64,000 nucleotides of DNA from an uncultured Actinomycetes bacterium (GTDB lineage Bacteria; Actinomycetota; Acidimicrobiia; IMCC26256; PALSA-555): assembly GCA_903899845.1 (NCBI GenBank), contig CAIUKV010000008.1, positions 12,533 through 76,532 on the forward strand. Reading direction: 5' to 3'. This document shows, piece after piece, positions 17,999 through 27,059 of this stretch. Position 1 is the stretch's first letter, and each line of letters begins with the position of its first letter. The notes under the pieces were generated by a model that saw only the letters and a program-made list of their open reading frames with translations, searched no databases and was not told the DNA's origin. The position numbers and the translations under genes were made by a program.

Positions 17999-19585
17999 GT
18001 GGCCACCTCGACGCCGTCCCCGCCCGCCGACCCCGTCGTCGCTCCGCCCCGACCGGCGCGTGCGGGCCGTTGGCTGGCGACCGGCGCGGCGTGCGTCGCC
18101 GCCGGGGGGTGCATCGCCCTGTCCGTGCCGCCGGTCGGGTTCTGGCCGCTGGCCGTCGTGGGCGTCGCGATCTGGGACCGGTCGCTCGCCGGTGTCGGAT
18201 GGGCCCGACGGGCCCGACGGTCGTGGCTGGTGGCCGCGGCGTGGCTCGCGCCGATGACCCTCTGGATGTGGGATCTCACCGCCCCCGGGTACGTGATCGC
18301 GACGGCCCTGTTCGCCGGGTACTTCGCCGTTGCGGGTGCGGCGGTGCCACCGCACGCCCCCGGTCGGTGGATCGCCATGCCCGGCGCCATCGTCCTCGCC
18401 GAGGCCGCGCGCTGGTCGTTCCCGTGGGACGGCGTCCCCCTGGCGACGCTGGCCATGGGCCAGGCCGACGCACCGCTCGCCCAGCCCGCCCGCCTCGGGG
18501 GCGCGCTCCTGGTCTCGGGGCTCGTGGTGGTGTGCGGCGTGGCGGTCGCCGCAGGGTGGGCCCGCCGGTGGTGGTGGAGCGTCGGTGCCGGCGGCGTGGT
18601 GGTGGTCACCCTGGCCCTCGCTGCGGTCGCCCCCTCGGGAACGCCGATCGGCACCCTCGAGGTCGCCGCGGTGCAGGGCGGCGGGCCGCAGAACACCCGC
18701 GCGGCCGCGACCGACCCGGCGACCGTGTTCGCCCGGCACCTCCGGGCGTCCGCGGCGGTCCGCACGCCGGTGGACCTCGTGCTGTGGCCCGAGAACGTGG
18801 TCACCCTGGACCGCCGGCTCCCCGGCAGCCCCGAGGACGACGCCCTCGCCGCCCTGGCCCGGCGCCTCGACGCTCCGCTGGTGGTGGGGGTGACCGAGGT
18901 CGTGAGCGACACGGAGTTCCGCAACGCCTCGGTGGTGTACCGGCCCGACGGCAGCCGCGGGCCGCGCTACGACAAGGTCCTGCGGGTGCCGTTCGGCGAG
19001 TGGGTGCCGTTCCGGTCGTGGATCGAGCGGCTGGCGCCGGCGACGGGTCTTCCCCCGCGGGACGCGCGACCCGGCACGGCCCCCGCGGTGCTCGTCACCC
19101 CGGCCGGGCGGCTCGGGGTGGCCATCTCCTGGGAGGTGTTCTTCACCGGCCGGGCCCGTGACGGCATCGCCAACGGTGGTGAGGTGCTGGTGAACCCGAC
19201 CAACGGCTCGTCCTTCTGGCTGACGCAGGTGCAGACCCAGCAGATCGCCTCGTCGCGCCTGCGGGCGATCGAGACCGGCCGCTGGGTCGTCCAGGCGGCA
19301 CCCACCGGATTCTCGGCGGTGGTGACACCGACCGGCCAGGTTGTGGAACGCACCGCCATCGGTGAGCCCCGGGTGCTCCAGCACACCGTCGAGCGCCGAC
19401 GAGGCGACACGATCGCCACGAGACTCGGCGAGGGGCCGGTGCTCGCCGTCTCGGTCCTGCTCGTCGGGGTGGGGTGGTGGCGGGCCGACGGGCCCGGCCG
19501 CTCGATCCGGCGCGCCCGCACGCGACGCGCGCGCCGGGCCCGCACCCCCTCCGGCCCGGTCCCGGCGCCGCGGTTCACCGGCTGA
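17999..19585 (+). CDS. lnt: Apolipoprotein N-acyltransferase
   Basis: Multi-TM N-terminal half followed by a nitrilase-type CN-hydrolase domain (VAAVQGG...VLWPENV...PFGEWVP...ISWEVFF). Confidence 0.85.
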   Translation: MATSTPSPPADPVVAPPRPARAGRWLATGAACVAAGGCIALSVPPVGFWPLAVVGVAIWDRSLAGVGWARRARRSWLVAAAWLAPMTLWMWDLTAPGYVIATALFAGYFAVAGAAVPPHAPGRWIAMPGAIVLAEAARWSFPWDGVPLATLAMGQADAPLAQPARLGGALLVSGLVVVCGVAVAAGWARRWWWSVGAGGVVVVTLALAAVAPSGTPIGTLEVAAVQGGGPQNTRAAATDPATVFARHLRASAAVRTPVDLVLWPENVVTLDRRLPGSPEDDALAALARRLDAPLVVGVTEVVSDTEFRNASVVYRPDGSRGPRYDKVLRVPFGEWVPFRSWIERLAPATGLPPRDARPGTAPAVLVTPAGRLGVAISWEVFFTGRARDGIANGGEVLVNPTNGSSFWLTQVQTQQIASSRLRAIETGRWVVQAAPTGFSAVVTPTGQVVERTAIGEPRVLQHTVERRRGDTIATRLGEGPVLAVSVLLVGVGWWRADGPGRSIRRARTRRARRARTPSGPVPAPRFTG

Positions 19586-19728
19586 TCACGGCGAACACCG
19601 CGACCGAGCTCGGACCGATCGCCGGGGCCCGTTCCCTCTGCCCGGGGGCGGGCCCCGGCTCGCGCCTGCGATGCTGACCGACCACGAGCGCGCCGACCGG
19701 CGGCCGAACTCGGGACGGGAGCACGACC

Positions 19729-20454
19729 GTGGCGAATCGATACTGGAGGAGGGTCGCACACGAGGCCCGACGCGCCGGGGAGCGGGTCCGGTACGGGCGG
19801 GCGGGGCTCGACGGCCCCCAGCTCGACGTGACCCGGGCCCGGCTGCGGATGCGCCCCGATCCCGTGATCCTCGAGTGCGGCGCGAACACGGGCTCCGACA
19901 CCCTCCGGTTCCTCGACCGCTGGCCGACCGCCCGGGTGTGGTGCTTCGAGCCCGAGCCGCGCGCAGCAGAACGGTGGCGGAGCACCGTCACGTCCGACCG
20001 GGCCCGCCTGTTCGAGCTGGCCGTCGCCGACCGCGACGGCACGACCACGTTCCACCGGTCATCGGGACAGAACCCCTACGACCCCACCGACACCGACCCC
20101 TGGGACAAGTCGGGGTCGATCCGGCGCCCGACCGGCCATCGCGAGACCTGGCCCTGGGTGCAGTTCGACGAGGAGCTCACCGTGGTGACCCGATCGCTCG
20201 ACTCGTGGTCCGCCGAGCACGGGGTCGGCCCGGTGGACCTGATCTGGGCCGACGTCCAGGGTGCCGAGGGCGACCTCGTCCGCGGGGGCCGGGAGACGCT
20301 CGCCCGCACCCGCTACCTCTACACCGAGTTCGGCTCCAGCGAGTACTACGAGGGCCAGGTCTCCCTCGACGCGCTCCTGGCCCTGCTCCCCGGGTGGGAC
20401 GTCGTCCGTCGGTTCCCCGGCGACGTCCTCCTCGTGAACCCGGCCGCCGACTGA
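19729..20454 (+). CDS. FkbM-family SAM-dependent methyltransferase
   Basis: ILECGANTGSDT, FEPEP, LIWADVQGAEG: the usual FkbM pattern. Confidence 0.75.
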   Translation: MANRYWRRVAHEARRAGERVRYGRAGLDGPQLDVTRARLRMRPDPVILECGANTGSDTLRFLDRWPTARVWCFEPEPRAAERWRSTVTSDRARLFELAVADRDGTTTFHRSSGQNPYDPTDTDPWDKSGSIRRPTGHRETWPWVQFDEELTVVTRSLDSWSAEHGVGPVDLIWADVQGAEGDLVRGGRETLARTRYLYTEFGSSEYYEGQVSLDALLALLPGWDVVRRFPGDVLLVNPAAD

Positions 20455-20482
20455 CCGGCCGTCGACCGATCGCGTCCCGGGG

Positions 20483-20511
20483 TTGACAGATTCTTCGAAC
20501 TGGTGTTCGAT
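20483..20511 (+). promoter_or_regulatory. Candidate promoter: perfect -35 TTGACA, 17-nt spacer, weak -10 TTCGAT
   Basis: Lies in the lowest-GC patch of this region. Followed by GGAGG 6 nt before GTG 20549. Confidence 0.3.
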
Positions 20512-20548
20512 CTCCCTCCCGACAGCGAACACTCGTTTGGAGGCACCC

Positions 20549-20779
20549 GTGGGCGTGATGCGCATCCTCGACCGCACCGGCGACACCGTCGTCGCCTGGG
20601 ACGTCGCCGACCCGGCCAGCCTCGCCGAGGCCGAGGCCCTGTTCGCGCGCCTGACCCGCGAGTGCAAGATCCCCTTCGCCCGCCCGACCGCCGGCGCCGC
20701 CGGCGACGCCGAGCGCATCCGGCACTTCGACCCCGCCCTCGACGAGATCGTGTGGGTCCGCCCGGTCGCGGGCGGCTGA
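20549..20779 (+). CDS. Small hypothetical protein (76 aa from GTG 20549, 73 aa from ATG 20558) ending in ...IVWVRPVAGG; possible beta-grasp/ubiquitin-like or sulfur-carrier-like protein
   Basis: GGAGG Shine-Dalgarno sequence upstream and high third-position GC. The C-terminal PVAGG resembles the ThiS/MoaD/CysO tails. No other family recognised. Confidence 0.55.
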   Translation: MGVMRILDRTGDTVVAWDVADPASLAEAEALFARLTRECKIPFARPTAGAAGDAERIRHFDPALDEIVWVRPVAGG

Positions 20780-20794
20780 GCCCCCGGGCCTGCG

Positions 20795-21382
20795 GTGGCC
20801 GACCGCCACATCGTCGACGTCGACGAGCTCCCCGACGGCCGACGGATGGTCGTGTTCGACGACGGGTCGTGCGTGGTGGTCGGGACGGCTCAGCGACACG
20901 CGCACCCGGTTGCCGGCTGGGAGTGGCTGGGTGCCCACCGCCGCGGCGCGCCGGCCTCCCGGCGGCGGACGCCCCGCCGAACGGCGTCACCCGCTCCCCC
21001 CGGCTCGTGGTCGGCGGCGGTCCGGGCCGCAGGCGCCGCCGATCTCGCGGCGACCGGGCGGCCCGGGCCCGGGAGCACCCCCCATCAGCGGGCCGACGAG
21101 CTGCTGCGGTCGCTGCTCGACCCGGTCCAGTCCCGCGACTACCGCACGACCCAGGGGTTCTGGGTCCACACCCCCCGGGGCCCGGTCCGCCTCGGCCGCC
21201 TGTACCACCTGGTCCACCGACCGATCGACCAGCCCCACCTCGAGCGGATCCTCTGCGTCGTGCCCCGTCAGCACCACGACCTTCCGCTCCCCGACATCTG
21301 GGTCAACCTGCTGCTCACCCTCGCGGTGGAGCCCGACGAGTTCTTCGCCGTCGCCAACCTGGTGGGCACCCGGCCCCGCTGA
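20795..21382 (+). CDS. Hypothetical protein, 195 aa, no family recognised
   Basis: GTG 20795 lies 15 nt after the preceding stop. High third-position GC throughout. The central part is a low-complexity Arg/Pro/Ala segment. Confidence 0.5.
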   Translation: MADRHIVDVDELPDGRRMVVFDDGSCVVVGTAQRHAHPVAGWEWLGAHRRGAPASRRRTPRRTASPAPPGSWSAAVRAAGAADLAATGRPGPGSTPHQRADELLRSLLDPVQSRDYRTTQGFWVHTPRGPVRLGRLYHLVHRPIDQPHLERILCVVPRQHHDLPLPDIWVNLLLTLAVEPDEFFAVANLVGTRPR

Positions 21383-21431
21383 GGCGCCCGTGCGTTGGCG
21401 ACGTCGCCACGCCCCGTGCGAGGCTCGGCCC

Positions 21432-22316
21432 ATGGCCGACGACGACGTCCTGCTCGAGGCCGGGCCCGGGCGGTTGCGCATCGTGCTGAACCGCCCTGCG
21501 GTCCACAACGCGCTGACCGGGTCGATGACCCAGCGCATCGCCGACGCCCTGTGGGACGCCGACCGGGACGACGCCGTCCACGCCACCGTCATCAAGGGGA
21601 ACGGGGAGAGCTTCTGCTCGGGGGCCGACCTGCGGGGCACCGACCCGCACCCCGGCGTGGACGGTCGGACCGGCCCGGACATCGACGACGACATCTGGCG
21701 GCTCGGGCACGACCAGCGGGCCGCGCTGGCCGCGTTCGACGTGCACAAGCCGGTCATCGCCCAGGTGCACGGGCACTGCCTCGCCCTCGGCACCGCGCTC
21801 GCGCTCTTCTGCGACATGGTGGTCGTCGCCGACGACGCGCGCATCGGCTTCCCCCCGTCGCGCACCCTCGGCAGCACGCCGTCGATGATGTGGCTCTACC
21901 ACTGCGGGCCACAGTGGGCCAAGCGCCTCCTGCTCACCGGCGACACGATCAGCGGCCGCGAGGCGGCCCACATCGGCCTCGCGCTGAAGTCGGTGCCCGC
22001 CGACGCGCTCGACGACGAGGTCGAGGGGCTCCTCGACCGGCTCGCCCGGATCGATCCTCATCTGCTCGCCGCGAACAAGCGGCTGGTGAACGCCGGCCTC
22101 GAGCTGATGGGCGCGCGCACGCTGCAGCGCTTCGCGACCGAGATCGACGCCCGGGCCCATCTCGCCCCGGGCACCCGGGCGTTCTCGGCGGACATGCGCA
22201 CGAAGGGGGTCGGCCCGGCGGTGCAGCAGTGGAACGCGCCGTTCGGCGACGGTCGGGCCCGGGTGGTCGGACCGGAGCGACGCGACGAGCACGGGTTCCT
22301 GACCGAGCCCGACTGA
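21432..22316 (+). CDS. Enoyl-CoA hydratase/isomerase (crotonase) family protein
   Basis: RIVLNRPAVHNAL, GNGESFCSGADL, VHGHCLALG. I moved the start to ATG 21432 within ORF 20910..22316. Confidence 0.85.
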   Translation: MADDDVLLEAGPGRLRIVLNRPAVHNALTGSMTQRIADALWDADRDDAVHATVIKGNGESFCSGADLRGTDPHPGVDGRTGPDIDDDIWRLGHDQRAALAAFDVHKPVIAQVHGHCLALGTALALFCDMVVVADDARIGFPPSRTLGSTPSMMWLYHCGPQWAKRLLLTGDTISGREAAHIGLALKSVPADALDDEVEGLLDRLARIDPHLLAANKRLVNAGLELMGARTLQRFATEIDARAHLAPGTRAFSADMRTKGVGPAVQQWNAPFGDGRARVVGPERRDEHGFLTEPD

Positions 22317-22340
22317 CCGGGACCGGAGGCGACGCGACCG

Positions 22341-23078
22341 ATGGGTGCCCCCGGCCCCGTCCTGCTGCTCCCGCCCTCCGAGGGCAAGACCGAGGGCGGG
22401 CGGGCCCCGACCCGCGGGGGGCGGTTCGAGGATCGGCTGGGCGCCGCACGCCGCGAGGTGATCGCGGGGTTCGCCACTGCGGTCGACGACCCGGTGGTGG
22501 CCGCGAAGGTCCTCGGCGTCCGGGGCGACCTGCTCGACCGGGCCCGGGCCGCCATGCGCGCGCTCGCCGACGGCACCGCGCCGGTCCGGCCCGCGGCCGA
22601 GCGGTACTCGGGTGTGGTCTGGGAGCACCTCGGCCCCGTCGCAACGCCGGAGCGGCACCGGATCCTGGTGCCGTCGGCGGTGTACGGCATCACCACGGCG
22701 GCCGACCCCGTGGCCGACCACCGGGGCAAGCTCTCGAGCTCGCTCCCGGGACTCGGGCGCCTCGACCGCTACTGGCGCGACCTCGTCACCGGCACGATCG
22801 CCCACCACGCCCGGGGCCGCACCGTCGTGGACCTGCTGCCCCGGGAGCACGCCGCCGCGGTCGACTGGGACCGGCTGGTGGCCGGGGCCCCCGTGGTACG
22901 GGTGACCTTCGCGCTCGCCGACGGCACCGGGGCCGTGGGGCACGGGGCCAAGGCGGTGAAGGGCCGGTTCGCGCGCGTGCTCCTCGAGCACGGCCCGACA
23001 CGCGCGGCCCGGTTCACGTGGGAGGGCTGGCGCGCGTCGCGCGACGGCGGGGACATCGTCGTGCGGGCACCGGCCTGA
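22341..23078 (+). CDS. yaaA: YaaA/DUF328 family protein (peroxide-stress protein family)
   Basis: N-terminal VLLLPPSEGK and AAERYSGVVW motifs, as in actinobacterial DUF328 members. Confidence 0.7.
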   Translation: MGAPGPVLLLPPSEGKTEGGRAPTRGGRFEDRLGAARREVIAGFATAVDDPVVAAKVLGVRGDLLDRARAAMRALADGTAPVRPAAERYSGVVWEHLGPVATPERHRILVPSAVYGITTAADPVADHRGKLSSSLPGLGRLDRYWRDLVTGTIAHHARGRTVVDLLPREHAAAVDWDRLVAGAPVVRVTFALADGTGAVGHGAKAVKGRFARVLLEHGPTRAARFTWEGWRASRDGGDIVVRAPA

Positions 23079-23082
23079 CCTG

Positions 23083-23472
23083 ATGCTCGTCGTGGACGGG
23101 GCCAACGTGGTCGGGGCGCGGCCCGACGGCTGGTGGCGCGACCGGGCCGGCGCCGCCCGGCGCCTGGTGGACGCCATCGCCGGTGCGGTCGCGAGCGGTG
23201 CGCTCGACCCCCCGGTGGCGGTGGTGCTCGAGGGCGCAGCCCGGGCCGGGGTCGCCGCGGGAACGGTCGCCGCCGGCGTCACCGTGGTCCACGCACCCGC
23301 CGTGGGGGACGACGTGATCGTGGCCCTGGTCGAGCGCGCGATGGCCCCGGGCTCGGGGTCGCCGGCGCCACCCTCCGTCCGGGTCGTGACCGCCGACCGC
23401 GCGCTCCGGGCCCGCGTCACCACCCTCGGCGCCGGGTGCGTGGGCCCGGGGTGGCTCCGCGATCGCTGCTGA
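23083..23472 (+). CDS. YacP/NYN-domain-like predicted RNA-binding/nuclease protein
   Basis: MLVVDGANVVGARPDGWWRD... then VVTADRALR, a pattern typical of the YacP (Rae1-like) NYN family. Confidence 0.65.
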   Translation: MLVVDGANVVGARPDGWWRDRAGAARRLVDAIAGAVASGALDPPVAVVLEGAARAGVAAGTVAAGVTVVHAPAVGDDVIVALVERAMAPGSGSPAPPSVRVVTADRALRARVTTLGAGCVGPGWLRDRC

Positions 23473-23568
23473 ACCCGCCGCCGGCGCGTCCCCCCTCGCG
23501 CCGTACGCTGCCGTCATGGCGATCGCCGCCGTCCGCGCCCCCGCGCCCCACCCCGTCTGACCCCGGCC

Positions 23569-24072
23569 GTGCAGCGCAGCGCCGCCACCGTGGTCGTGCT
23601 CGTCGGCGCGGTACCCGAGGGTCTCCGGGCCGTGCTCGGCACCCACACGACCTACGTGCTCGACGACGGTGATCCGCTCGGTGCGGTCGCCGACGCGTGG
23701 GTCCGGCGCTTCGACGAGGACGGCCCCGTCGGCGAGCTCGAGGTCGCCGTCACCGGGACGGTCCAACGGTGGCGGGCGGGCACGATCGAGCTCCCCGACT
23801 ACTACCTCGTCACCGGGGTCGAGGATCTCGGCCCGACCCGGCGGCACTGGTACTTCGGGGTGCTGCACGACGCCGCGCCGCGGCGGATCGTGCCGGTGGG
23901 CCCGGACCCCCGGCGGGTGCTCGAGACCCTCGAGGCACTGCCCCCCGGGCCCTGGTGGCCTCCGCTCGACCGCCTGCTCGACGGGATCGACCAGCGGGTC
24001 CCCGACGTGGCGGTGCCGAACGCGACGAGCGCGGCGGCGGTCGCGCCCCGCCTGCTGACGCCGGGCGGATGA
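23569..24072 (+). CDS. Hypothetical protein, 167 aa
   Basis: GTG start and good codon bias. No family recognised. Confidence 0.45.
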   Translation: MQRSAATVVVLVGAVPEGLRAVLGTHTTYVLDDGDPLGAVADAWVRRFDEDGPVGELEVAVTGTVQRWRAGTIELPDYYLVTGVEDLGPTRRHWYFGVLHDAAPRRIVPVGPDPRRVLETLEALPPGPWWPPLDRLLDGIDQRVPDVAVPNATSAAAVAPRLLTPGG

Positions 24073-24079
24073 CCCGCGC

Positions 24080-25735
24080 TCAGCCGGTCGTCGGGTCGGC
24101 CCGGTGCGGCGCGTCCGCCGCGTCCGGCGGGCGCGGCGAGTCCGACGACCCGCCGTCGGCCGCCCGGTAGCCCGCCAGCAGCGTCCGCTCGCGGTCGCGG
24201 CCCGGGAAGACCGTCGCCACCAGCGCCATGCCGAGGAGCACGGCGACGGTCCCGGCGAGGTAGGCCCAGCGCTGGCCGGCGACGAACGACGACCGCGCCG
24301 CCGCCACGATCTCGTCGGCGTACTTCGGGTAGCGCGCGGCGACCTCGGCGGCCGACGCGAAGGACCGGGTGAGCTGCCCTTCGACCTGGGTGGTCACCGA
24401 CCCGGCGTCCGGCGCGTCGGCGACACGCCGGGCGAACGCCTGGGCGTAGCCGGCGGTGAGGAGGGCCCCGAGCAGCGACTGCATGATCGCCCCACCCAGG
24501 TCGCGCTGGAGATCGGCCGTCCCCGACGCCATGCCGGCCCGACGCACGGGCACCGACCCGGTGAGCGAGTGCGACGCCGGGGTCCCGGCCAGGCCGACAC
24601 CGGCACCGACGAGCGCGTAGGCGAGGCCGACGGCCCAGTACCCGACGCCCGGGTCCCAGGCCACGAGCATCACGACGAAGGCGAGCAGGACCGGCACGTA
24701 GCCGACCAGCAGCGCGACCCGCGCGCCGCGGGCTTCCACGATGCGGGCCGACACCGGGGCCAGGGTGAGCATGAAGACCGCCATCGGCAGGACCGCCAGC
24801 CCGGCCTGGGCCGCCGAGTAGCCGAGCACGTTCTGCACGAACTGCTGCCCGACGAACACCGTGCCCATCAGGGTGCCGAAGACGATGACCCCGGCGATCG
24901 CGGCGACCCAGAACGTGGGTCGGCCGGCCACGCCGAGGTCGTAGAGCGGATTGGCCGCTCGGCGCTGGCGGAGCACGAACGCCACGGCCGCGAGGACGGC
25001 GACACCGAGGCCGACCAGCGCGGTCGACCGCAGGCCGGGGACGACGGCGAGATTGATCCCGGCGATGAGGCCGCCCACGAGCAGGACCGAGAGCGCGCCC
25101 CCGACGTTGTCGACCGGGTCGCGGTCCTCGCCCACGTGCGCAGGGACGCACCCCAGCACCAGCGGGACCGCCAGAGCCACGAGCGGCAGGGTCACGAGGA
25201 ACGCGGCACCCCACCAGAAGCGGAGGAGGAGCACGCCCCCCACCAGCGGCCCCAGGGCGGTGATCGCGCCGCCGGTCGCCGACCACAGGGCGATCGAGCG
25301 GGTCCGGGCCGGCCCGTCGGCCCACAGGGCCGTGATCAGGGCGAGCGTGGTCGGGAAGGCCATGCCCGCGGCCAGGCCGCCGACGAGGCGGGCGACGACG
25401 AGCACCTCGATCGAGCCGGCCCAGGCCGACGCCACTGCCGCCGGGACCGACAGCACCAGCCCGGCGCACATGACCGCCCGGCGGCCGTACCGGTCGCCCA
25501 GCGCGCCGAGCCACAGCACCGACGCCGCCAGACCGAGTGAGTACCCGACGGCCACGAGGTTGAGCGCGGTCTGCGAGCAGTCGAAGTGCGCGCCGATGCT
25601 CGGGAGCGCGACGAACGCCACCGAAAGCGGGAGGTTCGCGATCGCCGCGACCAGGATCAGGGTGGCGAGGACGATGCCGGCGCGCGCCGGGGCGACGCCG
25701 CGATCGGGGAACTCCGTCGCGTTGCCCACGGCCAC
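24080..25735 (-). CDS. MFS transporter, DHA2 (14-TMS drug:H+ antiporter) type
   Basis: 551 aa with about 14 hydrophobic segments and the LGDRYGRR motif after TM2. Confidence 0.85.
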   Translation of the reverse strand: MAVGNATEFPDRGVAPARAGIVLATLILVAAIANLPLSVAFVALPSIGAHFDCSQTALNLVAVGYSLGLAASVLWLGALGDRYGRRAVMCAGLVLSVPAAVASAWAGSIEVLVVARLVGGLAAGMAFPTTLALITALWADGPARTRSIALWSATGGAITALGPLVGGVLLLRFWWGAAFLVTLPLVALAVPLVLGCVPAHVGEDRDPVDNVGGALSVLLVGGLIAGINLAVVPGLRSTALVGLGVAVLAAVAFVLRQRRAANPLYDLGVAGRPTFWVAAIAGVIVFGTLMGTVFVGQQFVQNVLGYSAAQAGLAVLPMAVFMLTLAPVSARIVEARGARVALLVGYVPVLLAFVVMLVAWDPGVGYWAVGLAYALVGAGVGLAGTPASHSLTGSVPVRRAGMASGTADLQRDLGGAIMQSLLGALLTAGYAQAFARRVADAPDAGSVTTQVEGQLTRSFASAAEVAARYPKYADEIVAAARSSFVAGQRWAYLAGTVAVLLGMALVATVFPGRDRERTLLAGYRAADGGSSDSPRPPDAADAPHRADPTTG

Positions 25736-25784
25736 GACGGCAGGCTAGACCGTGCCCGACGGCACCCCCCGAGCCGGAGTTGTC

Positions 25785-26984
25785 ATGTCCGACCCGATCG
25801 CCCCCCGGCTCCGCGAGGTCGTCGGCTACTTCCTGCGCCTCGGCTCGACCGCGTTCGGGGGTCCGGCCGCCCACATCGCGCTGATGCGTCACGATCTGGT
25901 CGAGCGCAAGGGGTGGCTCGACGACGCCGAGTACGCCGAGATGATCGCCCTGGCCAACCTCGTGCCGGGTCCGAACTCGACCGAGGTCGCGATGCACGTG
26001 GGGCGACGCTGCGCCGGGACGGTCGGCATGATCGCCGCCGGTGTCGCGTTCATCGCTCCGGCGTTCGCGTTGATGCTCGCGCTCGGCTGGGCGTACACCG
26101 AATACGGGACCCGCCCCGGGTTCCGGTCGGTGCTGGTCGGCATCGCGCCGGTCGTCGTGGTGCTGATCGGGCAGGCGATCCTGCAGCTCGGGCGGACCGC
26201 GTTGCGGGGCACGGGCACGATCGCGGTCGGGCTCCTCGCGCTCGCGGGCGCATGGATCGGGATCCACGAGCTGGTGCTGCTCGCGGGCGCCGGGATCGTG
26301 ACCTGGACCGGGTGGTGGCTCGGCACCCGCACGACACCGGGTCCTGGCCTCGGCGGGTTCGGTGGCTTCACCGGGCTCGGCGGGCTCGGCGTGGTGACCG
26401 GGGTGCCGACGATGCGGGTCGCCACCGACCTCGGCCCGGTGTGGGCCACGGCCGGCCCGGTGATGCTCGCCCCGCTGTTCGCCGTGTTCCTCCAGATCGG
26501 CGCGGTGCTCTACGGCAGCGGCTACGTGCTGTACGCGCTGCTCGAGGGCGCGCTCGTCCACGACCGCGGGTGGCTCACGGAGCGCCAGCTGCTCGACGCG
26601 GTCGCCATGGGGCAGCTCACCCCCGGGCCCCTGTTCACCACCGCCACGTTCATCGGCTACACGCTGCGGGGCTTCCCCGGCGCGGTGGTCGCGACCGTCG
26701 GGATCTTCCTCCCGGCGTTCTGCTTCGTCGGGGCCACCGGGTTCGTGCTGCGGCGGCTCCGGGACAGCGCCGGGTTCGCCGCGTTCCTGCGGGGGGTGGT
26801 GGCGGCGTCACTGGCCCTGATGGTGGCGGTCGCCGCGGTCCTGGCCCGGGACGCGTTCGTCGACGTCGGGACGGTGGTGGTGGCGGTCGTGGTCGCGGGC
26901 CTGCTCTGGTGGCGGCGGCCCAACCCGGTCTGGCTGATCCTGGCGGGGGGGTCGGCGGGGGCCCTGGTGCCCGGACTCGGGTAG
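25785..26984 (+). CDS. chrA: Chromate ion transporter (CHR family, two-domain long form)
   Basis: FLRLGSTAFGGPAAHIALM...VPGPNSTE in the N half, with a repeated FLQIGAVLYGSGY...TPGPLFTTATF motif in the C half. Alternative GTG start at 25752. Confidence 0.85.
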   Translation: MSDPIAPRLREVVGYFLRLGSTAFGGPAAHIALMRHDLVERKGWLDDAEYAEMIALANLVPGPNSTEVAMHVGRRCAGTVGMIAAGVAFIAPAFALMLALGWAYTEYGTRPGFRSVLVGIAPVVVVLIGQAILQLGRTALRGTGTIAVGLLALAGAWIGIHELVLLAGAGIVTWTGWWLGTRTTPGPGLGGFGGFTGLGGLGVVTGVPTMRVATDLGPVWATAGPVMLAPLFAVFLQIGAVLYGSGYVLYALLEGALVHDRGWLTERQLLDAVAMGQLTPGPLFTTATFIGYTLRGFPGAVVATVGIFLPAFCFVGATGFVLRRLRDSAGFAAFLRGVVAASLALMVAVAAVLARDAFVDVGTVVVAVVVAGLLWWRRPNPVWLILAGGSAGALVPGLG

Positions 26985-27005
26985 CGTGCCGCCCGGCGGT
27001 CGGAA

Positions 27006-27020
27006 CTGACGCCCCGTCAG
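27006..27020. promoter_or_regulatory. Palindrome CTGACG-ccc-CGTCAG upstream of the CoA-transferase operon (operator candidate related to 17627..17650)
   Basis: Read directly, 40-54 nt upstream of ATG 27060. It shares the CTGACG/CGTCA arms with the other site. Confidence 0.35.
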
Positions 27021-27059
27021 ATCGGCCCGTCCGTCTGCTCCCGACCAGGAGGCGCACCG

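Noticed and set aside
21396-21409. 14-bp perfect palindrome TGGCGACGTCGCCA, 23 nt upstream of the enoyl-CoA hydratase start
   Set aside because: It is GC-rich and short. I saw no second copy and no adjacent regulator. At this composition I cannot tell it apart from a chance palindrome or a small transcript hairpin.
20910-21431. N-terminal extension of the hydratase ORF (20910..22316), and the overlapping 328-aa ORF 20503..21489
   Set aside because: Both are Arg/Pro-rich shadow frames over the 20795..21382 gene. The crotonase similarity begins only at ATG 21432.
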